From: Candidatus Babeliales bacterium
GTDB lineage: Bacteria; Babelota; Babeliae; Babelales; JANWKD01
Assembly (NCBI GenBank): GCA_963722255.1
Contig: CAVRJO010000001.1
Coordinates: 352,001-416,000, forward strand
Length of the DNA stretch: 64,000 nt
Reading direction: 5' to 3'
Shown: positions 46,253-56,226 of the stretch, piece after piece
Numbering within the stretch: the first letter of the stretch is position 1
How the letters are laid out: each line of letters begins with the position of its first letter
Position numbers and translations under genes: made by a program
The notes under the pieces: model-generated
What the model saw: only the letters and a program-made list of their open reading frames with translations
What the model was told of the DNA's origin: nothing
Database searches by the model: none

Positions 46253-47391
46253 ACACAAAAAAGTTATCGGTTGTATTCGTTACCAATAATTATATCCCTT
46301 ATCAAGGCGGCGTTGTTAGTTCAATTCTTGCAACAAGGGATGGATTACGCAAAAATGGCCATACAGTGAATATCATTACGCTTGACTATACCGGCAATCA
46401 TGCTCACGAAGATGGTGTATTACGTATGAACTGCCCGGTGCGCTTTATATATAAAAAAAATCATATGGCGCTTCCTTTATTCCCTCATCTAAACCTTGAT
46501 CGACTTTTTAAACAATTAAAGCCAGATATTGTGCATATGCATCATCCATTTTTATTAGGGCAAGCTGCACTACTAACGGCAAAAAAAAATAAGATACCGA
46601 CCGTTTTTACCTACCATACCTTGTATGAATATTATTTACACTATGTACCTTTACCTAAACAAATTTTACATCACGCTCTACAAAAAAGAGTTCGCTCATT
46701 TTGTAATACTGTTGATGGCATAATTGCACCTGGAACAGTTGTTGAAGAACGAATACGAGAATATGCACCAGAAAAAACTGTCCGAATTATTCCCAGCAGC
46801 ATTGCACCAATTTTTTTTGAGCCATCGCAAACTCCATCAAAAAATCCACACATGCCTTTAACCCTTTTAACGGTAAGCAGATTTACACACGAAAAAAATA
46901 TTACCTTCTTACTTGATGTTATGAAACTTCTTGAAAAAAATAGCCTTCGCTTAATTCTTGCAGGATACGGCTCTGCATATACATACCTTAGAAATTATGC
47001 CTATTGTATCAAAAATTTATCACCCAATCAGGTCATTTTTATTGAAAAACCATCCAAAGAGCAACTCCTTCAGCTCTATAAACAAGCTCATCTTTTCCTT
47101 TTTGCCTCAACAAGCGATACCCAAGGGCTCGTTTTAGCTGAAGCTATGTCCCAAGGAACTCCGGTTATTGCCCTTTATGGACCTGGTCAAAAAGATATTA
47201 TCAAAAATGGCATCAATGGTTTTTTAGTGCAAACAAGTGAAGAAATGGCTAAAAAAATAGTAGCTACCCTTTCAAATCATCAACTCTTACGTGATTTACA
47301 AAAAAATGCCTTAAAAACGGCTCAAAATTACACCAATGACTATCTTATTGAAAGCCTCACAGATTTCTACCAATTTCTTATAAAACAGTAA
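46249..47391 (+). CDS. Glycosyltransferase family 4
   Basis: GGVVSS, HMHHPF, TYHT, VSRFTHEKN, FASTSDTQGLVLAEAMSQGTPV. Confidence 0.9.
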   Translation: MNTKKLSVVFVTNNYIPYQGGVVSSILATRDGLRKNGHTVNIITLDYTGNHAHEDGVLRMNCPVRFIYKKNHMALPLFPHLNLDRLFKQLKPDIVHMHHPFLLGQAALLTAKKNKIPTVFTYHTLYEYYLHYVPLPKQILHHALQKRVRSFCNTVDGIIAPGTVVEERIREYAPEKTVRIIPSSIAPIFFEPSQTPSKNPHMPLTLLTVSRFTHEKNITFLLDVMKLLEKNSLRLILAGYGSAYTYLRNYAYCIKNLSPNQVIFIEKPSKEQLLQLYKQAHLFLFASTSDTQGLVLAEAMSQGTPVIALYGPGQKDIIKNGINGFLVQTSEEMAKKIVATLSNHQLLRDLQKNALKTAQNYTNDYLIESLTDFYQFLIKQ

Positions 47392-47436
47392 AAACTCCTT
47401 AAATTACCTATTTTTTACGACTTTTACACTAAAAAG

Positions 47437-47464
47437 TTGACAATCTCTCCCCTTATGATACAAT
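47437..47464 (+). promoter_or_regulatory. sigma70 promoter
   Basis: TTGACA-N16-TACAAT with extended -10 TG. Confidence 0.55.
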
Positions 47465-47501
47465 TAATTCAGATAGAAAATTTTAATGAAATGGGGCTTA
47501 T

Positions 47502-47951
47502 ATGAAATTGATTAAAAAAACCAAAATTTTACTCTTATTTTTATCCCTAACCATTGGCTCACAATCTGCGCAAGCATATTGGCTTGAATCGGTTACTAAA
47601 CCATTAACACCATTATGGAAAAACCAATTTGCTACTCTTATGACTCTTTCAACGGTCATTCTTGCATATACCTGCTACAGTTTTTGGAAACAAAATAGAA
47701 TAATCAAACACAAGCTCGAAAAGAAGTGCAAAAAATTAACAATTATAGCAGAAGAATTTAATTCATTGAATAAAAGCATTGCACAATTTAAACACATGAT
47801 GCTTCATCAATCAACTCAAATTAGAAATGGAGATCCTTCAAGTCCTGAAGACATAAATAGACATTCAAGAGATATTCAGCCATTTGATTCTGTTGCCGAG
47901 GCTTACTTAGCAGTTCAACAGTTTCAACGGATAAAAAGAAACGAAAATTAG
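47502..47951 (+). CDS. Hypothetical exported/membrane protein
   Basis: Signal ending AQA; one TM helix, then coiled coil. Confidence 0.68.
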   Translation: MKLIKKTKILLLFLSLTIGSQSAQAYWLESVTKPLTPLWKNQFATLMTLSTVILAYTCYSFWKQNRIIKHKLEKKCKKLTIIAEEFNSLNKSIAQFKHMMLHQSTQIRNGDPSSPEDINRHSRDIQPFDSVAEAYLAVQQFQRIKRNEN

Positions 47952-48001
47952 CCACAACCCTGTGGTCGATTTCTTATTTGTCTGCTATACTAAGGAGTAT
48001 T

Positions 48002-49978
48002 ATGAAAAATAAACTATTTAAGCTTCACTCTCCTTTTGCACCAGCCGGAAGCCAGCCAAAAGCAATCGAAAAACTCAGCACCAATAGACCAGGCAAATCA
48101 ACCCTCGTTGGGGTGACCGGGTCAGGAAAAACTTTTACCTTGGCTAACGTAATTGCAAACCAAGATAAACCGGTTCTAATTTTGTCTCCCAATAAAACAT
48201 TGGCAGCACAGCTTTATGAGGAGTTTTCACTCTTCTTTCCTGAAAATAAGGTCTGCTATTTTGTCAGTTATTATGACTATTATCAACCGGAATCGTATTT
48301 ACCTGCTCAAGATATTTATGTCCCCAAAGAAACAAAAGTTAATAGCGAAATTGAACGGTTGCGCGTTGAAGCTGCTGCTTCAATAATAAATCGAAAAGAT
48401 ACAATTGTTATTGCTTCGGTTTCAGCTATTTATTCGTTGGGAAATCCGACCGATTATCGAAATTTAACCCTACAGCTTGCCATTGGTCAAAAGATTAAAC
48501 GATCCGATTTACTGAATAAATTGATTTTTATTCAATACAAACGAAATGATATCGAACGCAGTTCAGGAACCTTTGCCGTTATAGGCAACACCATAGAAAT
48601 CAATTTACCTTATCAAAAAGAAAAACTTAGAATTGAACTTTTTGGTGATACGATAGAATCATTGCAATGGATTGATAAAACTAATAATAATGTGCTTATG
48701 AATCTTGATAACACCTTAGTTTTTCCTGCAAAGCATTTTGTTACAACAGAAGAAAAGAAACAGGCCGCAATTGCAAGTATTCAGAAAGAAGTTTCTGAAT
48801 GGGCCCCTAATATGCCCAATGCACTCTATCAAGAACGCATTAGACAGCGCGTTGCGCATGATCTAGAAATGTTACAGGAAGTGGGATATTGTTCAGGTAT
48901 TGAAAACTATTCTGTTTATTTTGATGGCCGATCATCAGGTCAAAAACCGTATTGTCTTTTTGATTTCTTTAGTGATGAGTTTTTACTTATTGTTGATGAA
49001 TCACATATTGCTTTACCGCAACTTAAAGGCATGTACGCTGGCGATAAAGCGCGCAAAAAATCGCTCATCGATTTTGGTTTTAGATTGCCTTCTGCAGCCG
49101 ATAACCGTCCTTTAAAATTTGAAGAAATTGAACGATTTTTTAACGATACGATTTTTGTTTCTGCTACACCAGGTCCTTATGAGTTACAACATTCTGACCA
49201 AATTGTAGAACAGATTATACGCCCTACTGGATTACTTGATCCGCTTATAGAAATTCATCCAAGAACTAATCAGATTGAACATTTAATTAAGCAAATAACT
49301 GAAACTAAAGAAAAAGGATTCAGATCGCTTGTTATGGTTCTTACCAAAAAGTTAGCTGAAGAGCTCGCTCATTATCTTGAAGAGCGTCAGATTAAAGTAT
49401 GCTATTTGCATAGCGAAATAAAAACGCCTGAGCGAAGTGAACTTTTGCATAAATTACGACTTGGTGTTTTTGACGTACTTGTCGGAGTCAACTTATTACG
49501 CGAGGGTATCGATTTACCTGAAGTAGCATTAGTTGCTATCATGGATGGCGACGTAGAAAGCTTTTTGCGTGATAAACGGTCACTCATTCAGATTATTGGA
49601 CGTGCTGCGCGAAATAATGAATCACGGGTTGTTGTATATGCTGATAAAATGACCGATTCACTCAAAAACACTATTGAAGAAACGAAACGAAGACGCGAAA
49701 TTCAAGAAGCCTACAACCTTGAACATGGTGTTACGCCTACAAGCGTTAAACGCGATGTAACCAAATCAATTTCAAAACTTCAAAGTGCAATTGCCCTTGC
49801 TTCAAAAGGCAAAAAGGCACAAAAACAACATCAAACACTGGAAGAAGCAGAAAAACGCATTGCAATACTGGAAACCGAAATGCAAGAAGCTGCTGAAGCA
49901 TTTAACTTTGAAAAGGCTATTGCGTTACGACAAGAATGGTTTGATTTGAAAAAAATGGTTAATGAGACCAAAAAATAG
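48002..49978 (+). CDS. uvrB: Excinuclease ABC subunit B
   Basis: GVTGSGKT, YFVSYYDYYQPE, DESH, FRLPSA.DNRPL, NLLREGID, GRAARN, C-terminal UVR domain; AAGGAG RBS. Confidence 0.96.
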   Translation: MKNKLFKLHSPFAPAGSQPKAIEKLSTNRPGKSTLVGVTGSGKTFTLANVIANQDKPVLILSPNKTLAAQLYEEFSLFFPENKVCYFVSYYDYYQPESYLPAQDIYVPKETKVNSEIERLRVEAAASIINRKDTIVIASVSAIYSLGNPTDYRNLTLQLAIGQKIKRSDLLNKLIFIQYKRNDIERSSGTFAVIGNTIEINLPYQKEKLRIELFGDTIESLQWIDKTNNNVLMNLDNTLVFPAKHFVTTEEKKQAAIASIQKEVSEWAPNMPNALYQERIRQRVAHDLEMLQEVGYCSGIENYSVYFDGRSSGQKPYCLFDFFSDEFLLIVDESHIALPQLKGMYAGDKARKKSLIDFGFRLPSAADNRPLKFEEIERFFNDTIFVSATPGPYELQHSDQIVEQIIRPTGLLDPLIEIHPRTNQIEHLIKQITETKEKGFRSLVMVLTKKLAEELAHYLEERQIKVCYLHSEIKTPERSELLHKLRLGVFDVLVGVNLLREGIDLPEVALVAIMDGDVESFLRDKRSLIQIIGRAARNNESRVVVYADKMTDSLKNTIEETKRRREIQEAYNLEHGVTPTSVKRDVTKSISKLQSAIALASKGKKAQKQHQTLEEAEKRIAILETEMQEAAEAFNFEKAIALRQEWFDLKKMVNETKK

Positions 49979-50000
49979 ATCTTTTTGATCGCTTATAAAT

Positions 50001-50029
50001 TTGACAAATTGAAATTATTGTCATAAAAT
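50001..50029 (+). promoter_or_regulatory. sigma70 promoter
   Basis: TTGACA-N17-TAAAAT upstream of the M50-like cluster. Confidence 0.55.
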
Positions 50030-50081
50030 AATTAATAGATTATTATTTTAAAAAAATATAAATATACCATAGCGAGAATTC

Positions 50082-50693
50082 ATGAAAAAATTAGTATTAT
50101 CCTTGAGCTTGATGCTTCTATCACTATCCCAGACAAAAAGCATGCATTCAGAAATTTTTAAAAATATCCCAACTTCAAGCGCTTTAACTATAGTAAAAAA
50201 AATGGTCTTAACCGTTTGTGGAAAATATGCACTTGACCCTCTAGTAAATAGCATTCATGAACTAGGACACATGCTCACTCTAAAATTATTATTAGGAGTT
50301 GATAGTACTATTCATTTAACTATAGTTCCTTGGCGCCCACCATATTTTCAATTAAAAGAACCTATGGTTCTTCCAAAAGGATTACGTCTAGCGTCAGTTT
50401 ATGCTGCAGGACCATTAGCTGGATTATTGGCGATCTATTCGCTCTCTAAACTTAATAATATTCGTTATGAATATTTCACCGGAACGCCAATCATGCAAGC
50501 AGTAACAACCGGTTTAATAAAGCCATTTTTCAATAGTGACCAAAGCTGGACAACAAAAACAGTATTAGGTTGGATGATAGTAGACCAATTATTTAATTTT
50601 ATTCCCTTGAAACTTTATTTGCCACAACTAGGAGAGTCAAAAAGTGATGGATATCAAATACTTGAAGCATTAGATTATTATCAAGAAAAATAA
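50082..50693 (+). CDS. M50-like membrane metallopeptidase, copy 1
   Basis: HELGH, AAGP, NFIP...SDG. Confidence 0.75.
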   Translation: MKKLVLSLSLMLLSLSQTKSMHSEIFKNIPTSSALTIVKKMVLTVCGKYALDPLVNSIHELGHMLTLKLLLGVDSTIHLTIVPWRPPYFQLKEPMVLPKGLRLASVYAAGPLAGLLAIYSLSKLNNIRYEYFTGTPIMQAVTTGLIKPFFNSDQSWTTKTVLGWMIVDQLFNFIPLKLYLPQLGESKSDGYQILEALDYYQEK

Positions 50694-50707
50694 AATTTAG
50701 GAAAATA

Positions 50708-51469
50708 ATGAACAAAAAAATAAACATGGTTGCATTCCAGCTCATTCTTAGCGCAACCTTTATTTTTCCCAAAATCGAGGCATCTTTAAAAGATACAAAC
50801 TCTCAACAACTAAACTCTGCAAAGCTACCATTTATCATTATTGACGCATCAGACATTAAACCTGCAATTAACCCTGCTTGGCAAAAAATCGATAAACATA
50901 TTACAAAAAAGTACGCCTCATATGGAACTGATGCAATAGGAAAAATAGCATTTCAAACAATGCTAGGACTTGCCATTACTAAATTAAGTTCAGTGGTGCA
51001 TGAACTAGGCCATGCTACAGCCTTTAAACTTTTATTAGGCCTATCAACGTCTCTATATATACCTTTAACCTTGAAACCTGCTTTGCATGGCTGTATTGTT
51101 TTTGATCAATGTCCTAAAGAAGGTATTAATATGGCTCTCATGTATGCCGCCGGCCCTTTATTTGGCATTGTAACAGGCTTTGCTGCTTTAAAAATAAATT
51201 CAATAATTCACGAACTTATAACCAATACAAAACTACCTATAAAAGAAAGATTACTAGTCGGTTTTAAAAAACCCTTTTTTCATGAGAAACAACAACCCGG
51301 AATTACTATATCGGCGCTTTATATATTTTTTAATCAAATAACTCAATTTATCCCACAAAAAGCTGTTCTTCCGCAGATCCTTTCAACCGATAATAATAAT
51401 GGCATAACATTCTCAGATGGATATGGTTTTTTGCAAGCCCTTGGGTTCAACAACATCCCTACATTTTAA
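50708..51469 (+). CDS. M50-like membrane metallopeptidase, copy 2
   Basis: HELGH, AAGP, QFIP...SDG. Confidence 0.75.
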   Translation: MNKKINMVAFQLILSATFIFPKIEASLKDTNSQQLNSAKLPFIIIDASDIKPAINPAWQKIDKHITKKYASYGTDAIGKIAFQTMLGLAITKLSSVVHELGHATAFKLLLGLSTSLYIPLTLKPALHGCIVFDQCPKEGINMALMYAAGPLFGIVTGFAALKINSIIHELITNTKLPIKERLLVGFKKPFFHEKQQPGITISALYIFFNQITQFIPQKAVLPQILSTDNNNGITFSDGYGFLQALGFNNIPTF

Positions 51470-51549
51470 AATCCAACATTTTAAAAAAAATTATTTTCAC
51501 TATACTTTTACTTTAATCATCTACGTTAAACTATTAGGTAAGGATTTAT

Positions 51550-52134
51550 ATGCATCTCAAAAAATTAATAGCTTCTTTATGCTTCCTCTTAGCAGCAAAC
51601 CATACGTCACAAACTATGAATCTGGAATATTTTAAAAATATGGCCTCTCAAGAAACTATAAAAACAGTTGGCGTTGCATTAGGTGCATTTTGCTTGATCA
51701 ATCCTCAGTTTTGTAATTTTCATGAACTATGCCATGGCCTTACGGTAAAAGCATTGTTTAATCTGCCGGTAACTTATAAATTCGAATTTCTTCCTTGGAA
51801 ATTCCCTGCCTATGACTATGATAAATCAAAAGTTCCACTAAAAGGATTACGCAGAGCTCTTTTGCATGCAAGTGGCACCGTAGGTGGATTAGCTGCGATT
51901 TATGCAGCATCAAAATGTGTCAATATTGGCATAGAATACTATGGCGGTCAATCACTTATCGAAGCTGTTTCCAATGGATTACAAAAATCATTTTTTTCAT
52001 GCGATCAGCATTTTGCAAGGCGACTGGTTTGCGCAGGCTTAATTACGACACAACTGGCAAATCTAATTCCCTTCAAGTGGCCTTTTGAAAGTGATGGTTA
52101 TCGCACTCTAAAGGCTTTGAATATTATAGAATAA
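51550..52134 (+). CDS. M50-like membrane metallopeptidase, copy 3
   Basis: HELCH, ASG, NLIP...SDG. Confidence 0.72.
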   Translation: MHLKKLIASLCFLLAANHTSQTMNLEYFKNMASQETIKTVGVALGAFCLINPQFCNFHELCHGLTVKALFNLPVTYKFEFLPWKFPAYDYDKSKVPLKGLRRALLHASGTVGGLAAIYAASKCVNIGIEYYGGQSLIEAVSNGLQKSFFSCDQHFARRLVCAGLITTQLANLIPFKWPFESDGYRTLKALNIIE

Positions 52135-52372
52135 CCCGAATTCGATGAATAAACGTAGATTCCTGCAAGCAAAAAAATATTGTGAACATCAATGATGTCA
52201 TCACGAGGAACGAAACAAAGTGTAGTGACGTGGTGACCCAGTAATAAAATGAAAAGCCTTTATAACTGGGTTGCTTCGCAAGCTCGCAATGACATTCGTA
52301 AAATTATTTTCCACAGCAAAGCATTGATTTGATGCTATTTTTTCATTTTTTATTATCATCGAATTCGCGTTA
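52132..52372. mobile_element. MITE-like composite palindromic element, copy B
   Basis: Terminal IR taacccgaattcgatga / tcatcgaattcgcgtta (16/17); internal hairpin atgtcatcacgag...acccagt...actgggt...ctcgcaatgacat. Confidence 0.7.
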
Positions 52373-52428
52373 GAATAGCAAAGACTATAAAAAATAGTAT
52401 CTCTAGAAATTTAGAAGTGTTGTATCGC

Positions 52429-52800
52429 TTACTGCATACAACACTTCTTTTTTTCATTTCCTGAAATTTCATCTGACTCTTTTATATCAGCGCTGCTGAT
52501 ATCAATACATATCAAGAAAAAATCATAGGTAATACAATAACAAGTAAACGGCTCATATAAGGTAACACGTGATTCATGTGCATCAAATACTGCTTTCAAA
52601 CAATTTGATTCAATAACTTTTTTGGGTACCTGTAAATCAACCGATTCTTGCATAAGTTGCTCGGCAATATCTTTTTTTGTTACCCATGGTTCTACAGCAG
52701 AAACTATTTCATCAAAATTCAAGAGCATACTGCTACATGGCTTTGATATAAACAATAAAGCTGTACAAGAAAGAATTTTTACATAGTGAGCTTTTTGCAT
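52429..52800 (-). CDS. Small exported protein with C-terminal KKKCCMQ
   Basis: AAGGAG RBS; signal-like N-terminus; polybasic + CaaX-like end. Confidence 0.68.
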   Translation of the reverse strand: MQKAHYVKILSCTALLFISKPCSSMLLNFDEIVSAVEPWVTKKDIAEQLMQESVDLQVPKKVIESNCLKAVFDAHESRVTLYEPFTCYCITYDFFLICIDISSADIKESDEISGNEKKKCCMQ

Positions 52801-52857
52801 ACTATCTCCTTAGAACCTACCTCAATTTCTACTATTTCAGATATAAAGCATTATTTA

Positions 52858-52902
52858 AAAATTATGCATACATACTAAAAAATAATATGTATGCATAATT
52901 TT
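52858..52902 (-). terminator. AT-rich hairpin/terminator
   Basis: aaaattatgcatacata / tatgtatgcataatttt. Confidence 0.55.
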
Positions 52903-52926
52903 ATTAATGAGCAAGAATAATAATCA

Positions 52927-53727
52927 TTAATATATACAACAGGCATCATAATAATAGCGTTGATATAGAGCTTCTCTCATTATTTTCTCATTTTTTTTAC
53001 AAGCATTATCTACAGATTCATCTATTTGCAGTACGAATGGCAACAAATCTTCTGCACCCTCTTTAGGAGAAATATCCGATGTATCAAGTTTAAAATCATA
53101 GTGCTTATGATCATCCACAATCTCTTGTAATCTCGATCCTTTTCTATAATGTTGCTCGAAATAACATTCTAATCTATGTTGCAACGTATCATCCGATGCA
53201 TTTCTTTCTTGTAACCTCTTTTTTGCAATTTCATACGAACAAAAAACTTTAATCAAAGCAATAGTTTGAAGCTTCTTTCTAAAAACATATAGAAAATCGA
53301 GGAAACTTCCTCGATTCATAAAGCAATGATCTACTATTACCAACTTTCCTTCAACCATTTTTTCCAAGATTTGATTGTAAAAAATAACAAAATCTTGTTG
53401 TATTTCCTGTTTGATACCTTTTAAATAAGGATCTGCAAAAATATGAATTCCCTTATTTTCAAAATAAGCTATTTGTTCTTTGGTATAGTTACTATTATTG
53501 GACACTTCTACTTGATATCTATCAAAACTCATATGAGATACATTATTAATTCCTTTTTCATGAGCAAGATTCACCAACGACTTTGCCAAAGATGTTTTTC
53601 CTGCGCATGAAGGACCGTTCAAAAGCGCAAGACGAATATCATTATCATGCCTTTCTTCCATACAAAAAGTCGAAGCGCATGCAAATAAAAATCCGCTTAA
53701 TAAAACTTGTATACTAGTACTGTTCAT
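52927..53727 (-). CDS. P-loop kinase (chloramphenicol phosphotransferase-like) with signal peptide
   Basis: LLNGPSCAGKTSLA, VIVDH, V.CS.E...RL..R, YDFKLDTS..SP.E.A; ends CCIY. Confidence 0.78.
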   Translation of the reverse strand: MNSTSIQVLLSGFLFACASTFCMEERHDNDIRLALLNGPSCAGKTSLAKSLVNLAHEKGINNVSHMSFDRYQVEVSNNSNYTKEQIAYFENKGIHIFADPYLKGIKQEIQQDFVIFYNQILEKMVEGKLVIVDHCFMNRGSFLDFLYVFRKKLQTIALIKVFCSYEIAKKRLQERNASDDTLQHRLECYFEQHYRKGSRLQEIVDDHKHYDFKLDTSDISPKEGAEDLLPFVLQIDESVDNACKKNEKIMREALYQRYYYDACCIY

Positions 53728-53794
53728 TGTAAATTCCTCATAAATTTCAAATGAGTGCATACCTAAAAAAGATATGCACCCATATTTTTTTTAT

Positions 53795-54577
53795 TTAAAC
53801 ATAATCAAGGCGTCTTTTAAACTTTCTTAATGCATGTGCATAAAAAAGAACTATAAACAACCACAACATTCCTAAACATAACCAAAAATTAATAAAACCA
53901 TCTTGGCCCAATACCGCTGAACGCGATGCTTCAAAAGCATAGATCATGGGATTAAGCAATGAAACATAACTCCAAGATGGATATGCCTTATTAAGCGTGT
54001 TCCATGAGTATTGGTAACAACCAAAAGTCCATAAAATAAGAACAAAACGCATCCAGATATGGGGAAAGTTCATACTTTTTTTAACCCAACTTGCAATCCA
54101 TAAGCCATAAAACCCAAAAAATATATTTATACTTACAAAGGATAGTGCAAGTTTTATTATTGAAAGATTACTCAGATTAAATAAAGAACCTAATAGAATT
54201 TTACCCACCGGCAACGTAAATATATTCAGAAATAAGGAGGTTAATGCAAAACCGATGCCAATTTTAATAAAAAGCAGCCATGCAGGTAAAGGCAAAGCCA
54301 ATTGATAGGAAATACTATTAGTTCCTTCCATATCAGCAACCATAATTTGTGCTTTGTTTATTGCATTAAATAAACACATACTGGTCATAGTTCCCACCAG
54401 AATAAAGCTGCCATACTCATTTCCAATACCCATATGAGGTAATATATAACTACTTACCAACACAATTGAGGCAGGAAAAAGGAGTGCATCAATAACATTT
54501 GCAAAAAAATCTTGAAAAAAAACGCGTAATTCTTGCCAGAGAAGCCAGCCAAAAACGGCTAATGATCTTCTTTTCAT
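53795..54577 (-). CDS. ABC-2 type transporter permease
   Basis: About six TM helices; LNPMIYAFEASR motif; coupled to the upstream ATPase. Confidence 0.88.
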   Translation of the reverse strand: MKRRSLAVFGWLLWQELRVFFQDFFANVIDALLFPASIVLVSSYILPHMGIGNEYGSFILVGTMTSMCLFNAINKAQIMVADMEGTNSISYQLALPLPAWLLFIKIGIGFALTSLFLNIFTLPVGKILLGSLFNLSNLSIIKLALSFVSINIFFGFYGLWIASWVKKSMNFPHIWMRFVLILWTFGCYQYSWNTLNKAYPSWSYVSLLNPMIYAFEASRSAVLGQDGFINFWLCLGMLWLFIVLFYAHALRKFKRRLDYV

Positions 54578-55323
54578 AAAGTTCCCTCTGTTTTCATAAG
54601 TTCTAAAAATACTTCTTCTAAATTTGCTTTGTTAAAACTAGTTTTTAACGATTCAGGTTTATCAATGAGCACAACTTTGCCTTTATCAAGAATACAAACT
54701 CTATCGGCCAAATATTCTGCTTCATCAAGATAATGTGTTGTTAAAATCACCGTTACGCCAGTTTCTTTGAGACTTTTAATAAGATCCCAAAGCTGTCTTC
54801 TAATATGTGGATCTAAAGCAACGGTCGGCTCATCAAGTAATACTAAAGAAGGTTTGTGCATCAAAGCGCGCGCAATTAAGAGACGTTGTTTATAGCCACC
54901 CGATAAAATATCAACCTTATGCTGCGCATAGCGAGTGAGCTCAAACTTTTCCATAAAAAATCGTGCATTATGCACTATCTCTTCTTGTGATAATCCATAA
55001 TATCTACCGGCAAAAATCAAATTTTCTTCAACAGTTAATGTTGATTCAAAATTTGGTTTTTGAGGGCAAAAACCAATCGATTGCCGATACCCATTAATAT
55101 CTGAATATATTGAAGCCTGCTTATAGCGCAGTTCTCCTTTGGTTGCAGGATGAATAGTTGCAATTATGGAAGACAGTGTTGTCTTACCAGCACCGTTGAC
55201 ACCAAGAAGGCCAAAAATTTCTCCTTGCTGAATATCAAAAGAAACATTTTTAAGCGCTTCAATAGTACCTTTATCAGTTTTATAGGTCTTACAAAGATTC
55301 CTAATTTGTAAAAGTGGTAGCAT
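54574..55323 (-). CDS. ABC transporter ATP-binding protein
   Basis: GVNGAGKTT, LSGG, LLDEPT, TTHY. Confidence 0.93.
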   Translation of the reverse strand: MLPLLQIRNLCKTYKTDKGTIEALKNVSFDIQQGEIFGLLGVNGAGKTTLSSIIATIHPATKGELRYKQASIYSDINGYRQSIGFCPQKPNFESTLTVEENLIFAGRYYGLSQEEIVHNARFFMEKFELTRYAQHKVDILSGGYKQRLLIARALMHKPSLVLLDEPTVALDPHIRRQLWDLIKSLKETGVTVILTTHYLDEAEYLADRVCILDKGKVVLIDKPESLKTSFNKANLEEVFLELMKTEGTL

Positions 55324-55755
55324 AGTTCTACCTTTCAAAAATAGTTCAAAAAAATAATAGTATCGTTTAGTACAAGCATTAGTTACCTAAGCTTGCAAAA
55401 AAATTATGGTAATTTGTGTAAGATGAGAAAAAGAGAAGTAGATTAGAACAAAATATGGTAAATGCATATCTATTCTATAGAAAACAAAATTCGTTCTCAG
55501 TAAAAATCAGTTCATCATTCCCCCAGGACACGTTTGGTGTGCTGGGATTAGACAATTGTGGGAATAATAATCGGAAATTGTAGATTAATCACGAAAATAA
55601 CCTTTTTTAGTATTTTTACAGTTTATTCTGTCCTTTTTTAGATTAATACAAATAAATAATAAAATCAATGCATATTTTATATAAATGCAAGCTTCAAGCC
55701 ATATAGTAGAATATTAGCTCAGTAATCATAGCTCTTGAAGATAAAACATAATAGA

Positions 55756-56073
55756 TTAGTGTTGCAGTTGCTCAAGTTCCTGATTTAAAAAATAGGTCAA
55801 TACTGTCCGAATTATAACCAATGCTCCAAGCATCCCAATCTCATAATAATCGGGAGTGACAATAGTTTTGATAATGTCAGCAGCAAGAAGAAACTCAACT
55901 GCCAATACAATAGTGCGGCCTAAATTGAGGCGCATTAAGTCAACGTCTAAAGGAATTCGATAGATACAATGTTGTAAAAAATATACACATGCACGAATAA
56001 CACCATAACAAATTATTCCAACGCCAATTAAATCAATAAGATACATAATCCACATAAGAATAGTAGTAATCAT
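55756..56073 (-). CDS. DUF1622-like membrane protein
   Basis: RLNLGRTIVLAVEFLLAADIIKTI...LGALVIIRTVLTYFL..E. Confidence 0.85.
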   Translation of the reverse strand: MITTILMWIMYLIDLIGVGIICYGVIRACVYFLQHCIYRIPLDVDLMRLNLGRTIVLAVEFLLAADIIKTIVTPDYYEIGMLGALVIIRTVLTYFLNQELEQLQH

Positions 56074-56226
56074 TCTCTTTCCTTTTTGATGATTCATTTG
56101 CTATTTTTAAGTAAGAGTAATGATGAAATAGTTGGAAATGCAATACTTTATCCAAACACCAAGCATATAAAAGGACTCATAGTCGTTACTACGGAGAATT
56201 CGTTAAAAATCGATTGGACCTGTGCT

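Noticed and set aside
55517..55565. GC-rich hairpin sharing the 12-mer attcccccagga with 60581-60592
   Set aside because: No extended similarity between the sites and no recognisable riboswitch; could be chance.
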